From: Rickettsiaceae bacterium
Lineage (GTDB): Bacteria > Pseudomonadota > Alphaproteobacteria > Rickettsiales > Rickettsiaceae
Reading direction: 5' to 3'
Length of the DNA: 64,000 nucleotides
NCBI GenBank assembly: GCA_045106955.1
Contig: JBGCFO010000003.1
Coordinates: 14,430 to 78,429 of the forward strand
In this document: piece after piece, positions 43,899 to 54,587 of the stretch
How positions within the stretch are numbered: the stretch's first letter is position 1
Layout: each line of letters opens with the position of its first letter
Made by a program: the position numbers and the translations under genes
The notes under the pieces: model-generated
The model's input: only the letters and a program-made list of their open reading frames with translations
What the model was told of the DNA's origin: nothing
The model's database searches: none

Positions 43899-44645
43899 TT
43901 AAACAGTGATTTCAAAACCATCATATAAAGGAACAATATTACTTGGCAAATATTTTTGTATTTCAAAATAATCTATATTATGTCTCATGTTAGTGAGTAA
44001 TATTTTTTTTGGTTTATATTTTTCATTCCATTGAAGGACTTTGTCTAATCCTGCATGGCTAAAATTAGATTCATAACTAGCGCAGTCAAGAACCCATTGT
44101 TCTATGTTATGCAAAAATTCTTCTGACTCCTTCGGAAAACTAACTACATCCGTAGAATAAACAAAATTTCCAATTCTTATGCCTGCGCTATTTACAGATC
44201 CATGATGTTGTTTAAAAAATATCATGTCGATATTACCAATTGTCTTTTTATCTGGATATTTTATAATGTTGATATTCATCACATTATCCCTTAGTAAGTA
44301 ATGATATTTATTTGCAATTGATTTACCAGAATCGAAATCAGTGAAAATTTCTATTGGTTTTTTATGATAAAAAGAGAAAATACGTAATTCTTCAATACCA
44401 GCAACATGATCAGCATGATCATGAGTTAAAATAGCATAATCAACATTATCAATCTTAGCTCTTAGCAATTGCTGCTTTATATCGAATCCAAAATCAACCA
44501 ATATCTTTTTATTATTTTTAGCAATAATGATTGCGGATCTTGAGCGTTTATTATATGGTGAGTCTGATAAACATGTGTTACATTTGCAGCCTATTACTGG
44601 AGTTCCAAAAGAGGCTCCACAACCAAGTATTGTAATTTTAACCAT
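43899..44645 (-). CDS. MBL-fold metallo-hydrolase (PhnP-like)
   Basis: 248 aa with LGCGASFGTPVIGCKCNTC at the N-terminus and the metallo-beta-lactamase motif LTHDHADHVAG. Confidence 0.75.
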   Translation of the reverse strand: MVKITILGCGASFGTPVIGCKCNTCLSDSPYNKRSRSAIIIAKNNKKILVDFGFDIKQQLLRAKIDNVDYAILTHDHADHVAGIEELRIFSFYHKKPIEIFTDFDSGKSIANKYHYLLRDNVMNINIIKYPDKKTIGNIDMIFFKQHHGSVNSAGIRIGNFVYSTDVVSFPKESEEFLHNIEQWVLDCASYESNFSHAGLDKVLQWNEKYKPKKILLTNMRHNIDYFEIQKYLPSNIVPLYDGFEITV

Positions 44646-44687
44646 GATTATTTAATTATATTTTCGTCTAATTAATATATTTTGCTT

Positions 44688-45353
44688 ATGTTGCAATTAT
44701 ATGATGTAGCTTATAATTGGCTAGGATTAAATCAATATTTATTTTTAGAGATTAATAAAATAACCAATATTGGCATATTACCATCATTATTGCAATTTAC
44801 TTCTCATTTTTTTGATATATTTCATTTTTCAATATACTACATTATGATTTGTTTATATTACTATATAACATTCAGAAATAATCAAGCAAAACTTAGCCAA
44901 AAAGCATTAGAGAAGGTTTTTTGGTCTAAATATAATCATATGATACTGATTGGAACGACATATGTTATGTTAGGATGTACATATGCATTTTTAAAATTTT
45001 CTATCAATTTTCCAAGGCCGTTTTGTTCTATAAAAAGCTATTATACAGTTGCCAACATTGATGCAGAAAGATGTTTATCTGGCTTTCCTAGTGCTCATAT
45101 AGCTATTGCAGTTTTAATTTTATATTGTTTTAAACCTTGCCTATCAAAGATGCAGACAATATTTGGTATAATAATTATTGTATTAGTAGGACTATCTCGT
45201 ATTAGTCTAGCAATGCATTATCCAGCTGATCTATTATACAGTATATTGTTTATGATTTTTATAATATATCTTAGTAAAATTTTTGTTAGCATTTTTAAAA
45301 ACAATATTGTTAAATATATTGGAAATATGATATTAACAACTATAGTTAAATAG
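44688..45353 (+). CDS. PAP2-family lipid phosphatase
   Basis: Membrane protein with the three PAP2 motifs: KFSINFPRPF, SGFPSAH and SRISLAMHYPADL. ATG 44688 is preferred over the TTG 44682 of the ORF track. Confidence 0.8.
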   Translation: MLQLYDVAYNWLGLNQYLFLEINKITNIGILPSLLQFTSHFFDIFHFSIYYIMICLYYYITFRNNQAKLSQKALEKVFWSKYNHMILIGTTYVMLGCTYAFLKFSINFPRPFCSIKSYYTVANIDAERCLSGFPSAHIAIAVLILYCFKPCLSKMQTIFGIIIIVLVGLSRISLAMHYPADLLYSILFMIFIIYLSKIFVSIFKNNIVKYIGNMILTTIVK

Positions 45354-45396
45354 ATAAAATAGCAAAAATATTTAAATTAGTAACAAGAATTATAAC

Positions 45397-46344
45397 ATGG
45401 AAACGACAAAAAAAATTCAAACACAATTAATGATTATAGGCTCAGGGCCGGCAGGTTTAAGTGCGGCAATTTACTCTGCTAGAGCGGCTTTAAAGCCAAT
45501 ATTATTGCAAGGTATGGAGCCTGGAGGACAACTTACAATTACAACTGACGTTGAAAACTATCCAGGATTTGCTGATATTGTTCAAGGGCCTTGGCTGATG
45601 GAGCAAATGACAAAACAAGCAGAAAATGTTGGTACAAAATTATGCTTTGACTATGCAACAAGTGTTGATTTATCAACAAGGCCATTTATCATCAAAACTG
45701 GACTAGGAAAAACTTATGCAGCAGATAGTGTAATTATAAGTACAGGAGCGCAGGCTAAGTGGCTAGGGTTAGAATCTGAAACAAAATATCAGGGATTTGG
45801 TGTTTCTGGATGCGCGACATGCGATGGTGTATTTTTTAAAGATCAGGAAATAGTGGTTATAGGAGGCGGCAATACCGCCGTAGAGGAAGCTATGTATTTA
45901 ACTAATCATGCAAACAAGGTTCATTTAATACATAGAAGAGATAGTCTAAGAGCAGAAAAAATATTACAAGAGAGATTGTTTAAAAATAAGAAAATTAATG
46001 TAATATGGAATCATGTTTTGGAGGAAATTTTAGGCAATGAGAATCCAAAATCTGTAACTCACGTTAAGATCAAAAACGTTACAAATAATCAAGTGACAAG
46101 CATGCCATGCAGCGGAGTATTTATTGCGATTGGGCATAAGCCAAACACAGAGTTGTTTAAAGATCAATTAGAATTAGATGACGAAGGGTATATCATCACC
46201 AAATCAGATTCAACACAAACTAGCGTAGCAGGAGTATTTGCAGCTGGTGATGTGCAAGATAAGATTTTTAGACAAGCAGTGACCGCTGCCGGAACTGGTT
46301 GTATGGCAGCTTTAGAAGCAGAGAAGTTTTTAAATAATAAATAA
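45397..46344 (+). CDS. trxB: thioredoxin-disulfide reductase
   Basis: 315 aa with GSGPAGLSAAIY, redox centre CATCDG, GGGNTAVEEA and GVFAAGDV. Confidence 0.95.
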   Translation: METTKKIQTQLMIIGSGPAGLSAAIYSARAALKPILLQGMEPGGQLTITTDVENYPGFADIVQGPWLMEQMTKQAENVGTKLCFDYATSVDLSTRPFIIKTGLGKTYAADSVIISTGAQAKWLGLESETKYQGFGVSGCATCDGVFFKDQEIVVIGGGNTAVEEAMYLTNHANKVHLIHRRDSLRAEKILQERLFKNKKINVIWNHVLEEILGNENPKSVTHVKIKNVTNNQVTSMPCSGVFIAIGHKPNTELFKDQLELDDEGYIITKSDSTQTSVAGVFAAGDVQDKIFRQAVTAAGTGCMAALEAEKFLNNK

Positions 46345-46373
46345 TCATTATAGATAAAGACGGGTAAAATTCA

Positions 46374-47864
46374 ATGAAACAAGAGGTCAAAGAACAACAA
46401 AATCCTACTTTGCATAGAATATTGCCGTATAATATTCAAGCTGAGCAAACTTTACTTGGAGCAATTTTAATTAATATCGAATTGTTTTATCAAGTACATG
46501 AAGTACTTATACCAGATCATTTTTTTGACGTATTACATCAAAAAATATTTAACTCAATAATTAAGATTTTAGACAAAGATATGACGCCAACATCATTAAC
46601 TGTCTCTATGATGTTGAATCAAGAACCAAGTTTTATTAATGCTGGCGGCAGGGAATATCTCAACAAATTAACAACAATGTCTATGATGGTTATTAGCGTT
46701 AATGATTATTGCAAATTAGTCTATGACTTAGCTTTAAAACGTTATTTAATCAATCTTGGAGAAAATATAGTAAATAATGCTTATGATGTGTCTTTAGAAA
46801 AAGATGCAATGGAACAAATAGAGTATGCAGAAACATCTTTATATAATCTTGCTACTACCGGCAAAACTCAAAGCGGTTTTATCGCATTATCTGAAACATT
46901 ATCAGATTCTTTACTAAGCATAGATCGCATCATAAAGCACCCAAAACATGTTACCGGAATATCTACCGGATTCTATGACCTTGATCAAAAATTATCTGGT
47001 TTTCACAATTCCGATTTAATTATTATCGCGGCCAGGCCGTCAATGGGCAAGACAGCATTTGCAATTAATTTAGCTATAAATGCTTGCTATGCATTACAAG
47101 AACGAGATGAAAAAAAAGAAGGCGCAGTAGGATTTTTCTCCTTAGAGATGTCATCGGAAGAATTAGCCTATCGTATATTGTCTATGGAAGCAAATATTCC
47201 TGGAACGAAATTACGCTCTGGTAAAATCATAGAATCAGAATATAATCTTCTTTCTCAATCTTCCGATAAGCTTTCAAAGTTAAATTTATTTATTGATGAT
47301 ACTCCAGCCCTTTCAATATCGGCATTACGAAGTCGTGCAAGAAAATTAAAGCGTAAGCATAATTTATCAATCTTATTTATTGATTATTTGCAATTGATAA
47401 GAGCTAGTGGCCGCCATGACAATAGAAACTTAGAAATTACAGAAATTACACAATCTCTAAAAGCGATTGCAAAAGAATTGAAAATACCAGTGATAGTTCT
47501 TTCTCAGCTATCAAGAGCAGTCGAGGCAAGATCGGATAAAAGACCTATGTTATCAGATCTAAGGGAGTCAGGCTCAATTGAGCAGGATAGTGATATTGTA
47601 ATGTTTCTTTACCGTGAAGAATATTACGTTGTTCGATCTGAACCTGAAGGAGGTAGCGATAAACATAATAATTGGCAAACAAATATTGATGATGTGCATA
47701 ATAAAGCTGATATAATTGTTGCTAAACATAGAAATGGTCCAGTTGGGAGCGTGACATTATTTTATGATACAATGCACTCTAAATTTGGCAATGTATCAAA
47801 TCTCAAAAAAGGCGATGATGATCGTCTAGAAAGCTTATCTCAAGAAAATAAAATGGCAGAATAA
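46374..47864 (+). CDS. dnaB: replicative DNA helicase DnaB
   Basis: 496 aa with the N-terminal DnaB domain (PYNIQAEQTLLGAIL), Walker A ARPSMGKTAFAINLA, and LSQLSRAVE and SDLRESGSIEQDSD blocks. Confidence 0.95.
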   Translation: MKQEVKEQQNPTLHRILPYNIQAEQTLLGAILINIELFYQVHEVLIPDHFFDVLHQKIFNSIIKILDKDMTPTSLTVSMMLNQEPSFINAGGREYLNKLTTMSMMVISVNDYCKLVYDLALKRYLINLGENIVNNAYDVSLEKDAMEQIEYAETSLYNLATTGKTQSGFIALSETLSDSLLSIDRIIKHPKHVTGISTGFYDLDQKLSGFHNSDLIIIAARPSMGKTAFAINLAINACYALQERDEKKEGAVGFFSLEMSSEELAYRILSMEANIPGTKLRSGKIIESEYNLLSQSSDKLSKLNLFIDDTPALSISALRSRARKLKRKHNLSILFIDYLQLIRASGRHDNRNLEITEITQSLKAIAKELKIPVIVLSQLSRAVEARSDKRPMLSDLRESGSIEQDSDIVMFLYREEYYVVRSEPEGGSDKHNNWQTNIDDVHNKADIIVAKHRNGPVGSVTLFYDTMHSKFGNVSNLKKGDDDRLESLSQENKMAE

Positions 47865-48871
47865 TGAGTTATTTATGCCCAATCATTATTGGTATATCTG
47901 GTCCAAAACTTAATGCAAAAGAAATAGAGTTATTTAGCAAGCATATTGTTTTTGGGTTTATTTTATTTTCTAGGAATATAGAATCATCTGAGCAATTGAA
48001 GGATCTAGTGACAGATCTTAAATCTTTATATAATGGTAAGCATACTCCGTTAATTTTTATCGATCAAGAAGGTGGCAGGGTAAGAAGATTAAAACCACCG
48101 ATTATATCAAGAGATTACTCACCAGCAAAATATTTTTCAGATCTGTATAATCCTAGAGCAAAAGATATCGCAATTGATAAAGTACGCGCACATTACATTT
48201 CCATTATGAATGATCTAAACAGTTTTGGAATAGATTCTCCATGCGCTCCAGTTGCAGATTTACACTTCGAGCATACGCATGATGTAATAGGTGATCGTAG
48301 CTTTGGAGGAGATGTTGATCAAGTTGTTGATTTATGCAATGCATCGATAGATGCAATTGTTAGTACAAATGGCATTCCAATTATAAAGCATATCCCTGGA
48401 CACGGCAGAGCTCGATCTGATTCTCATTTATCCTTGCCAATTATTGATACAAATATAAAGGAGCTTAATAGAACTGATTTCGATGTATTTCGAAAGTTGG
48501 TGAAAAATCCAAATTTAGATTATGCAATGACTGCTCATATAGTTTATACTGCTCTTGACATAGATAATCCAATTACAACTTCTGTTGATGCAATTGAGTA
48601 TATTCGTCATAGTATAGGCTTTAAAGGCAAAATTATTTCGGACGATATAGGAATGCTTGCACTGCACGGAGGTATAGGTGCTAAATATTTTAATTCAAGA
48701 AATCCTATAAATCCAGTTGACCCATTAGTCATGCAAGGTAAAAAATGTCATTTTGAATTTATACAAAGCTTATGTAATATTGCTAGTCAGTCATTAAATG
48801 CTGGATGCGATATTCTATGTCATTGCAGTGGTAATATAGAAGAAATGCAAGCAATTTTAACTAATATTTGA
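47864..48871 (+). CDS. nagZ: beta-N-acetylhexosaminidase NagZ (GH3)
   Basis: 335 aa with FIDQEGGRVRRL, GDRSFG, KHIPGHGRARSDSH and ISDDIGM. The start overlaps the dnaB stop (TAATG). Confidence 0.85.
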   Translation: MSYLCPIIIGISGPKLNAKEIELFSKHIVFGFILFSRNIESSEQLKDLVTDLKSLYNGKHTPLIFIDQEGGRVRRLKPPIISRDYSPAKYFSDLYNPRAKDIAIDKVRAHYISIMNDLNSFGIDSPCAPVADLHFEHTHDVIGDRSFGGDVDQVVDLCNASIDAIVSTNGIPIIKHIPGHGRARSDSHLSLPIIDTNIKELNRTDFDVFRKLVKNPNLDYAMTAHIVYTALDIDNPITTSVDAIEYIRHSIGFKGKIISDDIGMLALHGGIGAKYFNSRNPINPVDPLVMQGKKCHFEFIQSLCNIASQSLNAGCDILCHCSGNIEEMQAILTNI

Positions 48872-48895
48872 TATTAGTTAACTATAAAATTTTAT

Positions 48896-50110
48896 TTATA
48901 GTAATTTGTTATGCAATAATTTAGTTACCTCCTCTGCTTGAGAATCGTGAATAATCATAGAAATTTTATTTTCTGTGATTTGCAATAAAAAAACATCTAT
49001 ATTGTTGAATTTTAAAATATCTGTAATGTGAATCAAAACATCATGATTATTTTTAAAACCACATCCAATAATAGCAATGGCAGCAATATGATCATTAAAA
49101 TCAGCAGAAATATTATTTTGAAGAAATAATTGCTCTAATCGAGATTTATCAATCAATTGGGCTATAAACTTATTTTTTTCATTGCACACCAAAAGTTCAA
49201 TATGAACTTGGTTGCGATTAAGTAACTCAATAATATTGATCACGTTAGAATCTTGAATTATCACTTCTAATAAATTTTTATTATATGTAATAGCTTTAAC
49301 AATAGAATCTTCCATAATATCTTTTTTATATTTTGTAATTAATGTGTAAGTAGATTTTGGATCAAAAGATGATAGAATTTTAATAGATATGTTATGCCTC
49401 ATTGCGATTTCTACACATCTTGAATGTAAAACTTTTGCTCCTGAGGTAGACAATTCCAACATTTCTTCAAAACTAATTTGATCTATCTTTTTTGCATTAA
49501 CAATTAACCTTGGATCTCCTGAGAATAGACCGTCAACATCAGTATAAATTTCACATAAATTTGCATTAATTTTAGCGGCTATAAGTGCAGCCGTGATATC
49601 AGAACCTCCTCTTCCCAATGTCACAATACGAGACTCACTATTAATCGCTTGAAACCCTGCAATAACCGGCACAACCTTATCAGATAAACATTGTTTTATC
49701 AAACTATCGTTTACATCCAGAACTCGTGCTTGGCCATATTGATTTTCATATGCTAGTATTGGCAATTGCCAAGCTAGGATAGATCTAGCTTTGACGCCTT
49801 TCCTTTGAAGGGCTAAAGCTAATAAACCAGCTGATACAACCTCACCACTAGATAGAACACTGTCAATTTCAAGTAAAGCCTCTTCATGATTATCCGAATT
49901 ATTCAAAGAAGAGATGGCACTACATAGACTAATAAGATTGTTTGTATCTCCAGCAATGGCAGACACAACTACTACAAGCTGATCATATTTTTGCAAAGAT
50001 GAAATGATGATATCAGAAACAGCATTAATTCGATCAATTCCCTCTAATGAAGTACCTCCAAATTTTTGTACTATTAATGACATATTATTTGAATTTGAAA
50101 TATTTCCCAT
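48896..50110 (-). CDS. lysC: aspartate kinase
   Basis: 404 aa with VQKFGGTSL, LGRGGSDITAA, YTDVDGLFSGDPR and C-terminal ACT-like repeats. Confidence 0.9.
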   Translation of the reverse strand: MGNISNSNNMSLIVQKFGGTSLEGIDRINAVSDIIISSLQKYDQLVVVVSAIAGDTNNLISLCSAISSLNNSDNHEEALLEIDSVLSSGEVVSAGLLALALQRKGVKARSILAWQLPILAYENQYGQARVLDVNDSLIKQCLSDKVVPVIAGFQAINSESRIVTLGRGGSDITAALIAAKINANLCEIYTDVDGLFSGDPRLIVNAKKIDQISFEEMLELSTSGAKVLHSRCVEIAMRHNISIKILSSFDPKSTYTLITKYKKDIMEDSIVKAITYNKNLLEVIIQDSNVINIIELLNRNQVHIELLVCNEKNKFIAQLIDKSRLEQLFLQNNISADFNDHIAAIAIIGCGFKNNHDVLIHITDILKFNNIDVFLLQITENKISMIIHDSQAEEVTKLLHNKLL

Positions 50111-50150
50111 CTAACAACATACTGATATACAGCTATATACCTCTAAATTC

Positions 50151-50720
50151 TCACTTGGAATAATCGTAATTTAATTGAATATCTTGAACTCTTTCGTTTA
50201 ACAAGGACAAAACTTCATCGGTAATATCTAGATTCTTTTTAGCAAATAAAATGTGCGAGCTAGGTATTGCAACAGAAAAATCATGTTTATTTGATAATTC
50301 AAGGATGATAGCTATCAATACATCATGAACACGATCAAAGGCCTCAGCATGAGATCGTTCTAAGCGTATTTTTTTATCTTGCACGTCCTTTTGCAAATTA
50401 TTGACACTTTTTTGGAATTCATTAGTTTCCTTTTCAAACTCATCAGTAGTAATCACATTACGCTTATTCTTGATAGATTCTTCTACGCTTTTCAATTTAG
50501 CTTCTTTTTCCGATATATCCTTCTGTATAGAAGCTGTAAGATTTGCAATAGATTTTTTAATGTTTTGCACAGCTAAAGATCTTTCCAAAACCAATTGCAC
50601 ATCAACTACAGCAATTTCAATTTTCGAGCAACTGTCATTTGCATCTACATTCCCTAAGAAACAAACAGAGGAAACATATATTACAAATAATAATAACCGT
50701 CTTATTTTACATAATGTCAT
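50151..50720 (-). CDS. skp: periplasmic chaperone Skp/OmpH family
   Basis: 189 aa with a signal peptide and a K/E-rich coiled-coil body. It lies immediately downstream of bamA with a 1-nt overlap (TAATG), the conserved bamA-skp arrangement. Confidence 0.75.
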   Translation of the reverse strand: MTLCKIRRLLLFVIYVSSVCFLGNVDANDSCSKIEIAVVDVQLVLERSLAVQNIKKSIANLTASIQKDISEKEAKLKSVEESIKNKRNVITTDEFEKETNEFQKSVNNLQKDVQDKKIRLERSHAEAFDRVHDVLIAIILELSNKHDFSVAIPSSHILFAKKNLDITDEVLSLLNERVQDIQLNYDYSK

Positions 50721-53002
50721 TAAAATTGAGTAGAAAATGTTATATTAAATGTTTTTTTCTCATCGTAATATTTCTTTTTTATTGGATAACCCCATGTTAA
50801 ACGTATAGGGCTCATGCGTGTAACGATCAGTACTCCAAACCCAACAGATGCTCTTGGACTATGAGGATCATAAATCTGTGATTTGTTATAAGAAGCATTC
50901 TTAGATAATTTAACCCCATATAAAGCTCCCATATCAGCAAAAATAAATCCACGAGCTTCTATTTCTTTTGGTAACCCAGTTGGGAAACTTAATTCTGAAA
51001 CTAGCTTGTAATATTCTTGACCGCCTAAAAATTCTTTTGTATTACGCATTCTAGGACCTACTCCACTAAAATCAAATCCACGCAACATTAAATTAAACCT
51101 TTCATTGATAGGCACTTGCTTTTTATCTCCAAAGCCAATTATATGACCAGCAGATCCTGATAAAGAAAAGGTAAAACTATCTTCTATGAAAGAATGATAT
51201 ATCCTCGCTTCAAGCTCATTCTTGAAATATTTACTATCACCTCCAACGCCGGCAACTTCTTGGCTGCCAATTATAATATAACCATGCTTTGGAGCAATTT
51301 TATTATCTGTTTTATCGTATATTAATGATTGGCCAATTGCAGAGGTAATTCTACTTCCTCTCTGCTCTTCTATAGCGAGAGAAAGTTTCCCAGATCTTGG
51401 CGTCATTTTAGTGCGTTTAATTGTGTAATCCAATTCATGCAACAAATCTTCTGTAATATCAGATCCAATAGTAACTTTATCACCTATTGTTCTTAAAGAG
51501 TAATTTTGATCACCAGTATCAAAGCCAGAGCCACGGCCAGAATACTGATTAAAAATAGAATTACTTAATGATAAATTACGATCAAACAAATATGGATCAT
51601 GAAAATCTAAACTATACCCATGATTACGCTTACCAATTTGAGTTGAAATACCAGCAGATTTACCAGAGCCAAGTAAATTTTCCTCATTAAACCCAAGTCT
51701 CATAAAAGGTCCGCGAATGGTATCGTATCCAATGCTACCATCAAAGGACGTAGTAGATTTTTCTTCTACTTTAATATCGAGATTGTATTTATCATAACTT
51801 TCTGTAGGTTGCAAACTAGTGCCGACATTGCTGAAAAAATTTAAATTATTAACAGAGCGAAGACCCTGTACTATGTAATTACGATCAAATAAATCACCTT
51901 CATTAATTCTAAATTCCCTACGAATCACCTTATCACGGGTTTTGACATTGCCAGAGATATTAATTTCAGACAAATATATTCTCTGTGCTTTTTCTATAAT
52001 AAATGTAATATTTGCTAATTGAGCCTGATGGTCAAGATCAAAAGATGGATATACAGAAACTTGAGGATATCCATTATTAGCAAGTTCAGTAGAAATATTT
52101 TGAGCTATTTTTTCTAGCTCTGACATATTAAATCTTGAACCTTGCTTAACTGTGATTAACTTTGCAAAATTAGCATCATTGATTTTATTATCAACATTAA
52201 TAGATCCAATGGTATATCTTTGCCCTTCATCTAAAGAATAAGTAACAGTAAAATATTCTTTAGTCTTTGAAAGCTCTGCTGATACTGAAATCACATGAAA
52301 ATCTGCAAAACCTACAGATTGATAAAAATCTTTTAATAAATCCTTATCATACTCTATACGGTCTGGATCATAGACGTCATTAGTGTCTAAAAACTTAAAC
52401 CACTTATATTCCTTTGTAACAATAATGGATCTTAATTTACTATTGCTATAATGCTCATTGCCAACAAAATATATGTATTTTACTGTAGTTTTTGGACCTT
52501 CTTCTATATTAAAAATAACCTTCACGCGGTCATTTGGTTGAGGATCTAGGCTGACATTAACTTTTGTTGCGAATCGACCTGAGCGCTTGTAAATTGATTT
52601 AATTTTTTCTATATCTGATGCAATTTTTGCATTACTTAAAGACTCGCCTGGTTGAGATAAAATTGCATTATTTAAAATATTCTGCTTAATCTTACCATTG
52701 CCTTTAAATTCAATTCCGCTAACAAACGGATTTTCTTTGACATCAATCAATAGCTCACCTTTATTGAAGGTAATTTTAATATCTTCAAATATAGAAAGTG
52801 TGTATAAGTTTTTAATTGCTTCTATTTTTTTTGCTTCAGTATACTCCTCTCCAACCTTAAACTCAGAATAATTCTCAATAGTAGAGCTTTCTATACGCTG
52901 ATTTCCTTCAACAGAAATCTGTTTAATTAAGTCAGCTGCAAAGGCAATGTTATTTAAATAAACAACAATTAAAATAAATCTTAGAAATTTCGACACGATC
53001 AA
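50720..53002 (-). CDS. bamA: outer membrane protein assembly factor BamA (Omp85)
   Basis: 760 aa with a signal peptide, POTRA-type repeats (ISVEGNQRIESSTIENY..., IYFVGNEHYS..., INISGNVKTRDKVIRREF), and a C-terminal beta-barrel ending ...FNITFSTQF. Only a TTG/GTG start is available. Confidence 0.9.
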   Translation of the reverse strand: MIVSKFLRFILIVVYLNNIAFAADLIKQISVEGNQRIESSTIENYSEFKVGEEYTEAKKIEAIKNLYTLSIFEDIKITFNKGELLIDVKENPFVSGIEFKGNGKIKQNILNNAILSQPGESLSNAKIASDIEKIKSIYKRSGRFATKVNVSLDPQPNDRVKVIFNIEEGPKTTVKYIYFVGNEHYSNSKLRSIIVTKEYKWFKFLDTNDVYDPDRIEYDKDLLKDFYQSVGFADFHVISVSAELSKTKEYFTVTYSLDEGQRYTIGSINVDNKINDANFAKLITVKQGSRFNMSELEKIAQNISTELANNGYPQVSVYPSFDLDHQAQLANITFIIEKAQRIYLSEINISGNVKTRDKVIRREFRINEGDLFDRNYIVQGLRSVNNLNFFSNVGTSLQPTESYDKYNLDIKVEEKSTTSFDGSIGYDTIRGPFMRLGFNEENLLGSGKSAGISTQIGKRNHGYSLDFHDPYLFDRNLSLSNSIFNQYSGRGSGFDTGDQNYSLRTIGDKVTIGSDITEDLLHELDYTIKRTKMTPRSGKLSLAIEEQRGSRITSAIGQSLIYDKTDNKIAPKHGYIIIGSQEVAGVGGDSKYFKNELEARIYHSFIEDSFTFSLSGSAGHIIGFGDKKQVPINERFNLMLRGFDFSGVGPRMRNTKEFLGGQEYYKLVSELSFPTGLPKEIEARGFIFADMGALYGVKLSKNASYNKSQIYDPHSPRASVGFGVLIVTRMSPIRLTWGYPIKKKYYDEKKTFNITFSTQF

Positions 53003-53198
53003 TGAAATGATAATTGATTAATAATATTTTTGCTTCTTTTTTTATATTATGTTCCATTAGAAAATACAAGTAGTAAAATTCATAAATTATCAATAGCTCT
53101 TGCAACAACTATTAAGAAGAAAGGCGTTACTAAGAAGATCTCATCAATTAAATTAGCATTTCACAACCTAATGATGGTGGATTAAAATTGCATCAATA

Positions 53199-53948
53199 CT
53201 AGCTTCGAGAGAGCAATGGTGTTAACAATGTATTAAATAATGTATCCAATCTCTTGCGATCTACCTTATCTATAGAAGATATGCTATCAAATGAAAACAT
53301 ACTATAATATGCTTGTGTAATGTTACTCCATAATATTTTGCCATTAATTATATCAACTATAGTCAATCTAATTGAGGTTGATTCTGCTGCGTAATCATCA
53401 TCTTTTACTCCTATAAAAAATGAAATAGCAAAATTCTTCATGCAAGCTCCAGATGTATTAATACGTCCATTATATTCAACTAATACGGCAATATCAGCTC
53501 TTGTTGTATCATGAATAACATTTATTCCTTTAGTTACAAGAGAATTTATATTAAACGCTTTTTTTTCTTCCCATAATATTGGCACATACAAAGGATTAAT
53601 TTGCTCTTGATATTGCTCTTTAAAACTTAATATATCTCTCGATATGGCATGATTGTGCACTTCCTTTTTACTAAAGAAACGTACATTGTAGCCTTTGTTT
53701 TTTAACTTTGGCAACAATACATCTATTATAGTATCTTCAACCTGATTTTCGTAATTATAATTACGAGTGGCTTTGCCTGCAATATCCACTGTACTTACCT
53801 CAACCATTGGAGATAATGCTATCATTCCATTGCTTTTGGCAAGGGCATTCGTATAATCAGAAGTTCTTCTTACAGTAGTAGTTCTTGTACATGATGCAAG
53901 AATCATTGACACGCAAAACAATAATACAATATTTTGTTTCATGCTCAC
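53199..53948 (-). CDS. hypothetical lipoprotein (possibly DUF799/LpoB-like alpha-beta fold)
   Basis: 249 aa with lipobox ILASC. It overlaps the upstream glycine-zipper lipoprotein gene by 4 nt. The family assignment is only pattern resemblance. Confidence 0.5.
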   Translation of the reverse strand: MSMKQNIVLLFCVSMILASCTRTTTVRRTSDYTNALAKSNGMIALSPMVEVSTVDIAGKATRNYNYENQVEDTIIDVLLPKLKNKGYNVRFFSKKEVHNHAISRDILSFKEQYQEQINPLYVPILWEEKKAFNINSLVTKGINVIHDTTRADIAVLVEYNGRINTSGACMKNFAISFFIGVKDDDYAAESTSIRLTIVDIINGKILWSNITQAYYSMFSFDSISSIDKVDRKRLDTLFNTLLTPLLSRS

Positions 53949-54511
53949 TTCGTAGTATCAGTTTGTTTAATATTATTAGGTATAACTCTTGTTCTTTTTT
54001 CTGAAATTATCACAAGTACGTTTTGTCCTGAAGAGATGCATGGAGTATTTTTGGCTTCTTTCGATTGCACAACTGTAATGATGCCATTGGCTTTAACGGC
54101 GGCCAACGCATTCCTCATCAACGCACTACCTTCATAATAATCTTGATTCATGGTTGATGTATCTACTTTAACAACATACTCAATTCCATGATTTGTACCT
54201 AGCGCTTGCTCAGTTACGGCGCCCAAAATACCTCCAACTAAAATACCGCCAACAATCACTGCATTATTGCCTCCTGAAGCTCCAGCTGCAACACCAGTGC
54301 CAGCCCCGCCAATCAATGCACCAGCGGTATTATCTCCTAATTTTTCAGATTCTTTAATCTGAACATTACGCACAGATAATACTTGACCTTCTAATACGAT
54401 ATTTAGCGTCGAATCGCTTGTGTAAGTAGAGCTAGACAAATCTCTAGCGCATCCAAATAAACAAAAAGAAGCAAGTATGACAACTGCAACTTGGATGAAG
54501 AAATTCTTCAT
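53945..54511 (-). CDS. glycine-zipper outer-membrane lipoprotein (SlyB / rickettsial 17-kDa-antigen-like)
   Basis: 188 aa with lipobox LFGC and a Gly-zipper segment GALIGGAGTGVAAGASGGNNAVIVGGILVGGILGAV. Confidence 0.7.
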   Translation of the reverse strand: MKNFFIQVAVVILASFCLFGCARDLSSSTYTSDSTLNIVLEGQVLSVRNVQIKESEKLGDNTAGALIGGAGTGVAAGASGGNNAVIVGGILVGGILGAVTEQALGTNHGIEYVVKVDTSTMNQDYYEGSALMRNALAAVKANGIITVVQSKEAKNTPCISSGQNVLVIISEKRTRVIPNNIKQTDTTK

Positions 54512-54587
54512 AATATAATTATTAATTAAATATTAAGAAAATATGTCGTATGTACTAACATTGATATTTACAAGAATCAATCACCAT

